Origin: an uncultured virus (IMG/VR IMGVR_UViG_3300025168_000003)
Lineage: Duplodnaviria > Heunggongvirae > Uroviricota > Caudoviricetes > Crassvirales
Direction: 5' to 3' (one strand)
DNA: 20,000 nt
Virus record (IMG/VR): IMGVR_UViG_3300025168_000003
Shown: positions 1 to 6,533 of the stretch, in pieces
How positions within the stretch are numbered: the first letter of the stretch is position 1
Layout of the letters: every line of letters starts with the position of its first letter
Translations under genes and position numbers: made by a program
Notes under the pieces: generated by a model
Database searches by the model: none
The model's input: only the letters and a program-made list of their open reading frames with translations
What the model was told of the DNA's origin: nothing

Positions 1-679
1 AGTTTAAATATGCTTTTCCTGAAAATTGAGCAGAAAAAGAAAGTGTTACTGTATTTTGATTGTTATATGTTATTGAGCCTTCTACGGTGGTATTACCACT
101 ATCAACTACTGTTACTGAAGGAAATTTATTTAAATTATGATTTACAACCCAGTCTGTTGCTGGAACTGCTTGAGTAAATACAAATGTTTTATCTGCGTTT
201 TGTATTTGGTCAAGCTCTATACCATAATATTGTTTAAATTGCAAGCCACCGTTTCCGCTTATGAAACTTAAATCCATTAAGTAGTTTCCAGATAAAGCTT
301 CTAAAGTTAACGAGTTTAATGTAAAAACACCAAACTGTCCAAGGTTATTTCTATTTTGCATTAATATTTCTTCACCAACCATCGACTCCAAGTATGGTAA
401 AGAGTCTGTTCCGTTAGCCATTAACGGCGTAATCATTAATTCTGTTATATTCGAGAATAAAGTATTATCACCACCAAAGTTAGGGAAATATATAGAGCTA
501 GCCTCTGGTATACCTAAGTGTGATTGAGTTTGAAACTGCCAGCTAACATTAGAATCTTTAACAACGCTACCAATAGCATTGATTGAAAAGTTTTTAGTCT
601 GGCCTGTTTGAACATCAGTACCGATTATAATGTCTGAACCATCAGGTGTGCCTACTTGGTACGATGAAATTTTTGCCAT
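1..679 (-). CDS. Putative virion structural/tail-associated protein (~226 aa; stop codon probably just outside the window)
   Basis: Not in the ORF track. ATG at 679 abuts the stop of the upstream gene and the frame is open to position 1: MAKISSYQVGTPDGSDIIIGTD...FTQAVPATDWVVNHNLNKFPSVTVVDSGNTTVEGSITYNNQNTVTLSFSAQFSGKAYLN. The C-terminal W-x-V-x-HNL-x-x-x-P-x-V-x-V-x-D pattern is typical of phage tail proteins. Confidence 0.75.
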   Translation of the reverse strand, partial: MAKISSYQVGTPDGSDIIIGTDVQTGQTKNFSINAIGSVVKDSNVSWQFQTQSHLGIPEASSIYFPNFGGDNTLFSNITELMITPLMANGTDSLPYLESMVGEEILMQNRNNLGQFGVFTLNSLTLEALSGNYLMDLSFISGNGGLQFKQYYGIELDQIQNADKTFVFTQAVPATDWVVNHNLNKFPSVTVVDSGNTTVEGSITYNNQNTVTLSFSAQFSGKAYLN

Positions 680-680
680 A

Positions 681-2159
681 TTACACTGCCGTTGTTATTA
701 AAGTACCCGTGTCGTCTACGGTTATTTTGTATTTTGTTCCGTTTGGTGAAGAAAGTATAACGCTTGTTTGTGTTTCCATACCATTACGCTTAAGCTTAAC
801 TACACCTTGATCTACATATAGTCCATCTTGAGGTATATAACTATAACTGTTAAAACCAGGTCCAGGTATATTTCCTTGTTCAAATTCTTCTATTCCAGCT
901 AATGCTATGTAATTAAAAGGAAATGCTCCACCAAATGCGTTTGCTTTTTTACCTTGCTCAAAAGCAGGTGTGCCATCTGTTGGTGACTGTGTAAATAAAC
1001 ATATACGATCTCCTTTTTGTTCTGGTGCAGTACCTACTATATCTGATCGGTACACAATTCCATTTTTAACATTATTACCAGTTCCGATTGCATCAGAGAA
1101 GTACGTATAAGCATAATCTACTCCTGTTTGTTTTACTATACCTAGTAGTTTACCATCTGTCTGGTCTCCAGGGCCAACAACAAGAGCTGCGTTAGGATTT
1201 AAAGTGTTAATACCTACTCTATCAAAATTAGAGGGTACAGAAATTTTAGGTTGTTGAGAACCTCCACTGTTATCTGCTTTTATTATAAACTGCTTGTCGT
1301 TTGTAAAATCAGGTTGAGCTGGTTCTATTTCTAAACCACCAAATATTTTCATTTTAGTAGACGAGTCACCTGTCTCACCTACTTCAATTGTAGGTAGACT
1401 TTGATTAGGTTGTACTTTTATTATAGAATCTGTGAAAGAACTGCCGTCCCAATAGGGTAAGTTGTATTGACTTAAGCTTGTAGTTCCAGCTACAATATCA
1501 TCTATGATACCTCCTTTACCTACAGTTATACTAGAAGGATTTACAAACGTTCCTAACTTACCAACCATTGCGTCAGGTGTAACCAAGTCAAACGTAACCC
1601 TTACCTCACCTCCGTCTACACCAGTAACTAGCGTATCAATTCTAAGAGGATCTGCTGTTGTTCCGCCACCACCTTTAAGTTCTAGATAACCGCCAGCTAC
1701 ACCAGTTAGGTTTATCGGTGCCATAGCGAGTTGTTTAGCAGTGCCTAGGTTAGCGTACACGAGCGTACCTACCGCAACTGTCTGGAATTGTAAACGACCA
1801 CTTTGATCTTGAGCAACTAGTAAATCTCCTGCGAAGGCTACATTAGGATTTGCTCCGGGGTTTGGTAAAGCGTCTAAATCGAATTTTACGGTTTGACCTC
1901 CGTCTGGATCAATTGCTGCATTTATTAATAAGCCTCCTTCGAAATTAAGTGTCTCTGTAGGTAAGCTTACGCTGCCCGCAGTTCCGGTAGTAGAAGAAAT
2001 GTTTAATACACTAGCTGGTTGCTGCGATTGAAAGTATGCAGTAAGCTTGCTCAAAGTTACTGATTTAGTAGGGAATTGAGAATCTGAAACATCGGTTATT
2101 GGCATGAGATCTCCAGCCGCTATAGTTCCTATTTCAGGGTAAGAATAAATTATTGCCAT
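681..2159 (-). CDS. Putative tail fibre / virion structural protein
   Basis: 492 aa, G/T/S/V-rich. Contains a 'VGINTLNPNAALVV' motif and a C-terminal 'ILSSPNGTKYKITVDDTGTLITT' motif of the kind seen at the ends of phage fibre proteins. Confidence 0.65.
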   Translation of the reverse strand: MAIIYSYPEIGTIAAGDLMPITDVSDSQFPTKSVTLSKLTAYFQSQQPASVLNISSTTGTAGSVSLPTETLNFEGGLLINAAIDPDGGQTVKFDLDALPNPGANPNVAFAGDLLVAQDQSGRLQFQTVAVGTLVYANLGTAKQLAMAPINLTGVAGGYLELKGGGGTTADPLRIDTLVTGVDGGEVRVTFDLVTPDAMVGKLGTFVNPSSITVGKGGIIDDIVAGTTSLSQYNLPYWDGSSFTDSIIKVQPNQSLPTIEVGETGDSSTKMKIFGGLEIEPAQPDFTNDKQFIIKADNSGGSQQPKISVPSNFDRVGINTLNPNAALVVGPGDQTDGKLLGIVKQTGVDYAYTYFSDAIGTGNNVKNGIVYRSDIVGTAPEQKGDRICLFTQSPTDGTPAFEQGKKANAFGGAFPFNYIALAGIEEFEQGNIPGPGFNSYSYIPQDGLYVDQGVVKLKRNGMETQTSVILSSPNGTKYKITVDDTGTLITTAV

Positions 2160-2203
2160 GTTTGTTTTTTTTTAGTATGTTTTACATGCGCGTACCATAT
2201 ACT

Positions 2204-2233
2204 ATATACTCACAGGTTTTAAGGTGGATTTAC
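2204..2233 (-). promoter_or_regulatory. Class-2 promoter-like motif GTAAATC-N12-TGTGAGTATAT upstream of the structural genes
   Basis: The reverse complement matches the motif at 11452-11481 with the same 12-nt spacer; it lies ~45 nt upstream of the ATG at 2159. Confidence 0.6.
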
Positions 2234-2253
2234 TCTTATTTTAAAAAGCTTAG

Positions 2254-2296
2254 TGACATTAGCCTCTTACTTATACTATTATATAGGCTATTGTCA
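2254..2296. promoter_or_regulatory. Inverted repeat, operator-like site TGACATTAGCCT-N19-AGGCTATTGTCA
   Basis: 12-bp arms with one mismatch; similar to the site at 10042-10091. Confidence 0.6.
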
Positions 2297-2468
2297 TAAA
2301 TAGTTACGTATATAGAGGAGTAGTGTTGCAACCTCTCTTTTTGCTTGTAACCTTTTTAGAAAAACGGTTTTACTTTACCGGGTTTCCCCCATTTTCCCAC
2401 GTTTCGCCGTCATATATGCGTAAAAACGGCGTAAAAGCCCCCACCTTTTAGACTTTTTCCCCGGATTC

Positions 2469-2535
2469 TGACATACTGTCATGACTTGTTGTCACATGAC
2501 ACACTGACATATACATATGACACATTGACATACAC
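2469..2535. repeat. TGACA/TGTCA box cluster (iteron-like) including a 21-nt-period direct repeat
   Basis: TGACA at 2469, 2497, 2505, 2518, 2526 and TGTCA at 2477, 2490. ATGACACACTGACATATAC (2496-2514) is repeated as ATGACACATTGACATACAC (2517-2535). Confidence 0.75.
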
Positions 2536-2549
2536 TATATTACTATACA

Positions 2550-2581
2550 TTACAAACAGATTGATGATTCAATTGGATAAT
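2550..2581 (+). promoter_or_regulatory. Class-1 (early) promoter-like motif, copy 1
   Basis: TTACAAACA-N16-GGATAAT, one of seven copies with an invariant spacer. Confidence 0.75.
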
Positions 2582-2663
2582 ATAAATGTAAATAAGTTAT
2601 ACACAATGAGACATTGCGGAATACATACTAACAATTATAAACAAGTAAACAAAACTACACTCA

Positions 2664-2695
2664 TTACAAACAAACTAAATTATCAAATGGATAAT
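2664..2695 (+). promoter_or_regulatory. Class-1 promoter-like motif, copy 2
   Basis: TTACAAACA-N16-GGATAAT upstream of the ORF at 2744. Confidence 0.75.
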
Positions 2696-2743
2696 AATAA
2701 TGTAACTAAATAATAATAATAATAACAATTAAATCTAAATTCT

Positions 2744-2968
2744 ATGCAATTAAATTCTAAAAGATTTGTCATCAGACAATCACTAATCGGTAAAAACACT
2801 GTCATCAATGTTGAATTCAAAAATGGTAAAACATTTACTTACAATCATGATAAAGTGTATGAAATAATGAAAGATAAATTAACTTCTATGAATTGTTTCA
2901 TCAAGTACAAGTCTTACACTTCTTCAACTAGTGTACCAGTAGTACTAAGAGATAAAGAGGTAGTGTAA
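2744..2968 (+). CDS. Hypothetical early protein
   Basis: 74-aa ORF directly downstream of two promoter motifs, A-rich start context. Confidence 0.7.
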   Translation: MQLNSKRFVIRQSLIGKNTVINVEFKNGKTFTYNHDKVYEIMKDKLTSMNCFIKYKSYTSSTSVPVVLRDKEVV

Positions 2969-2982
2969 CTACTACTTCTTTA
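2953..2982 (+). other. Stem-loop over the stop codon of the 2744-2968 ORF (processing or termination hairpin)
   Basis: TAAAGAGGTAGT pairs with ACTACTTCTTTA (12 bp, one G-U); no clear U-tract follows. Confidence 0.4.
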
Positions 2983-3088
2983 CCAAACGGTGACTATCCG
3001 AACCGAGTCGGCAACAGGCTAAACTGGATATTATACAGGCGCGTTTCGCTTATATTAATCACCTGTCTAAATAATGTTGAATGAGCAA

Positions 3089-3131
3089 TGTCATTATGGT
3101 ACACGAGTGTGTTCGATTCACACTATGACAA
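3089..3131 (+). ncRNA. tRNA minihelix-like element (acceptor stem plus T arm, no anticodon arm)
   Basis: TGTCAT/ATGACA stem stacked on AGTGTG/CACACT with a canonical TTCGATT T-loop; 11-nt linker containing TGG. Confidence 0.5.
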
Positions 3132-3152
3132 CTAACAAATTAAATTATAACT

Positions 3153-3362
3153 ATGTCAAAATTCAAATTCAGAGGATTTATTCCTGCGGTAACTAAATAT
3201 GTAAAATCAAAACCACTAGCAGAAGTGGTAGCGGAAGTAATAGCTTTCGGTTTACTAATGCCATTAGCGTTTGGCGGAATTACCTTCTTCATCTTTATGA
3301 TGATAACAGGTCAAGTGGATTATTCAGCGATGGATTCTATTAACTGTCAAATCTGCTACTAA
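3153..3362 (+). CDS. Hypothetical membrane protein
   Basis: 69 aa with a long hydrophobic stretch (VIAFGLLMPLAFGGITFFIFMMI). Confidence 0.7.
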   Translation: MSKFKFRGFIPAVTKYVKSKPLAEVVAEVIAFGLLMPLAFGGITFFIFMMITGQVDYSAMDSINCQICY

Positions 3363-3523
3363 TGAAAAGTTACTACAGTAAATTACAACAGAGATTTATA
3401 GCTCGTGAAGAATACTTTGACGAGCTACTCTTTGGAACTCTTAATGATGAGAATTATGACAAGCCAATCACAAACAAAACTAAATCCACTATGGATAATA
3501 ATATAAACTATGAAACGAATTAA
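3362..3523 (+). CDS. Small hypothetical protein (53 aa)
   Basis: TAATG stop/start overlap with the previous gene; MKSYYSKLQQRFIAREEYFDELLFG... Confidence 0.5.
   Translation: MKSYYSKLQQRFIAREEYFDELLFGTLNDENYDKPITNKTKSTMDNNINYETN
3468..3499 (+). promoter_or_regulatory. Class-1 promoter-like motif, copy 3
   Basis: TCACAAACA-N16-GGATAAT (one mismatch). Confidence 0.7.
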
Positions 3524-3641
3524 ATACATATCAATACTATCACTCTGGTTACAAAGTAATCACGAAATACTATCAGTTCTTCCTCAAGAAATACTCGATG
3601 AAGTATATGTATACCAACGCTTTCAAACTAAACTAATATAA
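3510..3641 (+). CDS. Small hypothetical protein (43 aa)
   Basis: aaactATG start right after the promoter motif; MKRIKYISILSLWLQ... Confidence 0.5.
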   Translation: MKRIKYISILSLWLQSNHEILSVLPQEILDEVYVYQRFQTKLI

Positions 3642-3645
3642 TACT

Positions 3646-3765
3646 ATGGCACATCAAAATACTTACTTGCTAAAAATCTCTTTCAGAGTATACAAAAAAC
3701 ATTTTAACTTACTAACTTCAGAAGAAAAAAGTAATGTATGGGATATATACTATGATTTCTATTAA
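3646..3765 (+). CDS. Small hypothetical protein (39 aa)
   Basis: atactATG start, tightly packed; MAHQNTYLLKISFRVYKKHF... Confidence 0.55.
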   Translation: MAHQNTYLLKISFRVYKKHFNLLTSEEKSNVWDIYYDFY

Positions 3766-3776
3766 AATAATTAACT

Positions 3777-3911
3777 ATGCAATTTATACTAACATGCCCT
3801 AATGGCAAAGAAATCGATATGACTCACTACGTCGGTAAACAAATGGATGGTGAGTTAACTAGACAAGATGTTCTCAACAAAATAGACTTTTACAAATCAA
3901 TTAATAAATAA
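3777..3911 (+). CDS. Small hypothetical protein (44 aa)
   Basis: taactATG start; MQFILTCPNGKEIDMTHYVGKQMDG... Confidence 0.6.
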   Translation: MQFILTCPNGKEIDMTHYVGKQMDGELTRQDVLNKIDFYKSINK

Positions 3912-3915
3912 TACT

Positions 3916-4158
3916 ATGCAATTTCAAGATACTAAATTCAAAGAATTAGACTCTCAAGGTTTAATCACTGACAAACTAAATCAAATTAAGAAGTTTGAAA
4001 CTAAATACAAACCTTGTACTTCAAGTATCGCTATGTATAAATGGTGTACTGACTATGAATACCGCAAGAGAGAGTGGCAATTCAGACAAGGAATGGCTAA
4101 TTATGCATCAGTAAAAGGTCACGAAGCTTTTCAAACTAGTGATAAATCTACATTTTAA
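3916..4158 (+). CDS. Hypothetical early protein
   Basis: 80-aa ORF in a tightly packed array. Confidence 0.7.
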   Translation: MQFQDTKFKELDSQGLITDKLNQIKKFETKYKPCTSSIAMYKWCTDYEYRKREWQFRQGMANYASVKGHEAFQTSDKSTF

Positions 4159-4190
4159 TTACAAACAAATTAATTATTCTTTCGGATAAT
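4159..4190 (+). promoter_or_regulatory. Class-1 promoter-like motif, copy 4
   Basis: TTACAAACA-N16-GGATAAT, intergenic. Confidence 0.8.
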
Positions 4191-4205
4191 ATAATAAATT
4201 AAACT

Positions 4206-4397
4206 ATGCAAACAATAAAATTCTTACCAAACAATCAAATTAAATTAGCAAATAAAACCTATAAAGGTTACCATGTAGGCGAACTACCTGCAAGATTTGC
4301 TTTTATTTACAACGAAAACAAAGACCAAGAAGGTATTAACTCTTGGTTTAACTACAAAGGTTTAACCTATGTCGAAAAAACTATCTTACCATGGTAG
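4206..4397 (+). CDS. Hypothetical early protein
   Basis: 63-aa ORF after a promoter motif. Confidence 0.7.
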   Translation: MQTIKFLPNNQIKLANKTYKGYHVGELPARFAFIYNENKDQEGINSWFNYKGLTYVEKTILPW

Positions 4398-4405
4398 TAA
4401 CTAAT

Positions 4406-4642
4406 ATGAAAGAACTGTGCCTCTATGCTAAAAAGGCGCAACAAGATCGTGCGAGAGTGCATAGGCTCAAGCACGCACATGACGGCAAGTGTAGTGGACT
4501 CACTGATGCAGAGTACAAACGCGTACAAATTAACGGCAAGAAGTCCTATTCTGCCAAAGCACGAAAGTTCACTCACAACCGTATGTGGAAACATCAATCA
4601 AGATATTCAGTAAAACAATTAATAGAAATAGTAAAACAATGA
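4406..4642 (+). CDS. Basic hypothetical protein
   Basis: ORF track 4391..4642; the ATG at 4406 avoids overlap; K/R/H-rich. Confidence 0.6.
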   Translation: MKELCLYAKKAQQDRARVHRLKHAHDGKCSGLTDAEYKRVQINGKKSYSAKARKFTHNRMWKHQSRYSVKQLIEIVKQ

Positions 4643-4902
4643 GCGATACAATAAAAAAGTGGCACGAGATGCAAGAAGAGTTTACAGAAGTAGTAGAAGT
4701 AAAAACTGCTAAATATATATTCTTACTAGATTTTACAGATGGTAAAGCTTATAGGTATGACATTAGCGTGTTATGTAACGAAGAAAACAAATGGAATCCA
4801 GACACAGAATCTTGTGAGTCGTTTTTATATGGCGCAGGACATCAGATAATAAACTGTGAATGGATGGTAACTAGCAAACAAGAATTAATATATGGAAACT
4901 AA
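4639..4902 (+). CDS. Hypothetical protein
   Basis: ORF track 4585..4902; an ATGA overlap at 4639-4642 favours the start MSDTIKK. Confidence 0.65.
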   Translation: MSDTIKKWHEMQEEFTEVVEVKTAKYIFLLDFTDGKAYRYDISVLCNEENKWNPDTESCESFLYGAGHQIINCEWMVTSKQELIYGN

Positions 4903-5020
4903 AACAATTAACCCATGGAATTTAGCGTGGTCTAAATGGTGGGTACAAAAGAATTATAAGAAATGTGAAGTGGACGAAATGACACTGAGCGAAATATATG
5001 AACTATTAGAACAAGATTAA
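4892..5020 (+). CDS. Small hypothetical protein (42 aa)
   Basis: METKTINPWNLAWSKWW...; fills the gap between packed genes. Confidence 0.5.
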   Translation: METKTINPWNLAWSKWWVQKNYKKCEVDEMTLSEIYELLEQD

Positions 5021-5155
5021 ATGAAAACACTTAAACTAACAGATAACGACTGCACTTTCGTACACTATGTACTACGCATGTACGCTCAGCAAACACCTGG
5101 GTTAGATCAAGAAGACAAAGATGAAATACGTGAAGTAGCAGCTAAATTTAAATAA
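5021..5155 (+). CDS. Small hypothetical protein (44 aa)
   Basis: MKTLKLTDNDCTFVHYVLRMY...; abuts its neighbours. Confidence 0.55.
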   Translation: MKTLKLTDNDCTFVHYVLRMYAQQTPGLDQEDKDEIREVAAKFK

Positions 5156-5156
5156 T

Positions 5157-5345
5157 ATGGAAGAATATATAGATAACGAATTAAGTAAACTAGATCGTGG
5201 CATAGTAGCCACACCTACAGAAGAGTATCTTGACGGCTTTGCAAGAGCTAATGGCGGTAGTAATGACTTTTTACTAATGCAATTAGCTAAAAACTACGGC
5301 TATCAACTAGCTTTACTTAACATTAAAGATAAAATAAATGAGTAA
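5157..5345 (+). CDS. Hypothetical protein
   Basis: 62-aa ORF in the packed array. Confidence 0.65.
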   Translation: MEEYIDNELSKLDRGIVATPTEEYLDGFARANGGSNDFLLMQLAKNYGYQLALLNIKDKINE

Positions 5346-5514
5346 AATGAAAGAACTAGATTCTATTGCACAAGGTGTAGCGGATCATATGAAAGAAATC
5401 ATTGAAGACAGTGTTGATTGGCAGCTTGCTGAGGTACCACTTGACGGTGATGACTATCAAAGAATGAGAGAATATGTAATTAACGTAGCTTTAAATAAGC
5501 TATTAGGTAATTAA
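5338..5514 (+). CDS. Small hypothetical protein (58 aa)
   Basis: MSKMKELDSIAQGVADHMKEII...; overlaps the previous stop and ends at promoter copy 5. Confidence 0.6.
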   Translation: MSKMKELDSIAQGVADHMKEIIEDSVDWQLAEVPLDGDDYQRMREYVINVALNKLLGN

Positions 5515-5546
5515 TTACAAACAAAACAAATTATCTACTGGATAAT
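5515..5546 (+). promoter_or_regulatory. Class-1 promoter-like motif, copy 5
   Basis: TTACAAACA-N16-GGATAAT, intergenic. Confidence 0.8.
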
Positions 5547-5561
5547 ATAATAAACAAAATT

Positions 5562-5750
5562 ATGTATTGTAAATGCGGCACAGTAGTGCACCCTATCAGA
5601 GTAAATTACGGTTATAAAACGTGTGTTCCTTGTAGCACAGTTCAAGATTATAGTTATATACCTATAATAAACCACAAGACAGGTAATACAATACAAGTCG
5701 TTAGCCAAGAAGTAAGTGCATCAGTGCACAGAGCTTGGAGACGCAAATAG
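5562..5750 (+). CDS. C4 zinc-finger protein (TraR/DksA-like finger)
   Basis: CKCG-x4-P-I-R-x7-CVPC resembles the DksA/TraR C4 finger pattern; the N-terminal coiled-coil is absent. Confidence 0.55.
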   Translation: MYCKCGTVVHPIRVNYGYKTCVPCSTVQDYSYIPIINHKTGNTIQVVSQEVSASVHRAWRRK

Positions 5751-5960
5751 CTAGACGAGTAGCTTAATTAGGATTTAGGTGGGCGAATGCTGTAAAGATA
5801 CCACGACAAATGGTACCTAAATTACATAAGTGAATAGCTAGCAAACGTGAAGAACAACCACAGCTTGAAATAGTAGTGCACGGTTGTGAAGCGGTTTAGC
5901 AGTAGTAAGTATAAGTCAGGGTACACACCGGTAAATGACGTGCATCTTATTGCTGCTTTA
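5751..5960 (+). ncRNA. Candidate structured non-coding RNA (~210 nt)
   Basis: No ORF of 60 aa or more, higher GC, several helices: 5773-5780/5815-5822, 5859-5864/5883-5888, 5898-5909/5946-5957. Confidence 0.5.
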
Positions 5961-5961
5961 T

Positions 5962-6040
5962 GGGGGTGTCATGGTTTTGACGTAGTAAAAAGCCTGCAAA
6001 GGAATTACTACGGAAGACAGTTCGATTCTGTCCACCTCCA
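5962..6040 (+). ncRNA. ssrA: Minimal tmRNA-like RNA: tRNA-like domain only, no tag reading frame
   Basis: Acceptor GGGGGTG/CACCTCC with G3:U70 and A73; tmRNA-type unpaired D-region TCATGGTTTTGA; P2 helix CGTAGTAA/TTACTACG capped by CCT-GCAA-AGG; GAA linker; T arm GACAG-TTCGATT-CTGTC. Confidence 0.8.
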
Positions 6041-6044
6041 CTAA

Positions 6045-6076
6045 TTACAAACAAATTACAAACACTAATGGATAAT
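6045..6076 (+). promoter_or_regulatory. Class-1 promoter-like motif, copy 6
   Basis: TTACAAACA-N16-GGATAAT immediately after the tmRNA-like gene. Confidence 0.8.
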
Positions 6077-6092
6077 ATAATAAATTAAAACT

Positions 6093-6533
6093 ATGACAAA
6101 TCAGTACACATGGCGGCAAGAACGTCAAATGCTCGAAGATTCCTACGCACGTAGGTTATTAGTAGAGTACAACATCAAAGAAGTAACTACTCAAAGGCAA
6201 GCTAAAAATGGCACAAGAGAGTTTGAATTTCCAGTACCTTGCTATTCTAAACAAAGACTAGAATGGTTTAAGTACAAAAAATACAACTTAAAAGATCTAC
6301 CAAGATTAAGACTAGCTACGTTTGAATCAGGTATGGTTAGAAAACAAAATGGCGGCGATAGAGCTTACCAAATAAACCCACAATACAAACAAAATCAAAG
6401 ATATGTGTGGCTTAACAGCGACAATGAAGTTACTGTTAAAGAGTTTGTAGGCAATGCTAGAGCGTTAATACACAATCCATTAGCTAGAATGGTATACATG
6501 TTAAATTATTATCTTAAAAACTATAAACAATGA
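6093..6533 (+). CDS. Hypothetical protein
   Basis: 146-aa ORF after a promoter motif. Confidence 0.75.
   Translation: MTNQYTWRQERQMLEDSYARRLLVEYNIKEVTTQRQAKNGTREFEFPVPCYSKQRLEWFKYKKYNLKDLPRLRLATFESGMVRKQNGGDRAYQINPQYKQNQRYVWLNSDNEVTVKEFVGNARALIHNPLARMVYMLNYYLKNYKQ

Noticed and set aside
2314..2343. Possible intrinsic terminator AGAGG...CCTCT followed by a T-run
   Set aside because: Only 5 bp with a 13-nt loop and no plus-strand gene upstream.
2486..2713. 75-aa ORF in the track (MLSHDTLTYTYDTLTY...)
   Set aside because: It is the translation of the TGACA repeats and two promoter motifs, with a TTG start; most likely non-coding.
2990..3030. HDV-like/theta ribozyme (GGCAAC...GCTAA), and likewise GCGAA near 5783
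   Set aside because: I could not build the P1/P2/P3/L3 nested double pseudoknot by eye.
5915..5939. SRP RNA domain IV (GTCAGG...)
   Set aside because: Lacks the GNRA loop and the AGCAG partner strand.
5962..6040. Ordinary tRNA-Ala (a TGC triplet occurs at 5995-5997), attP fragment, or permuted two-piece tmRNA
   Set aside because: There is no D stem or 7-nt anticodon loop; both 5' and 3' ends are present in unpermuted order with a paired P2; no integrase is in the window.
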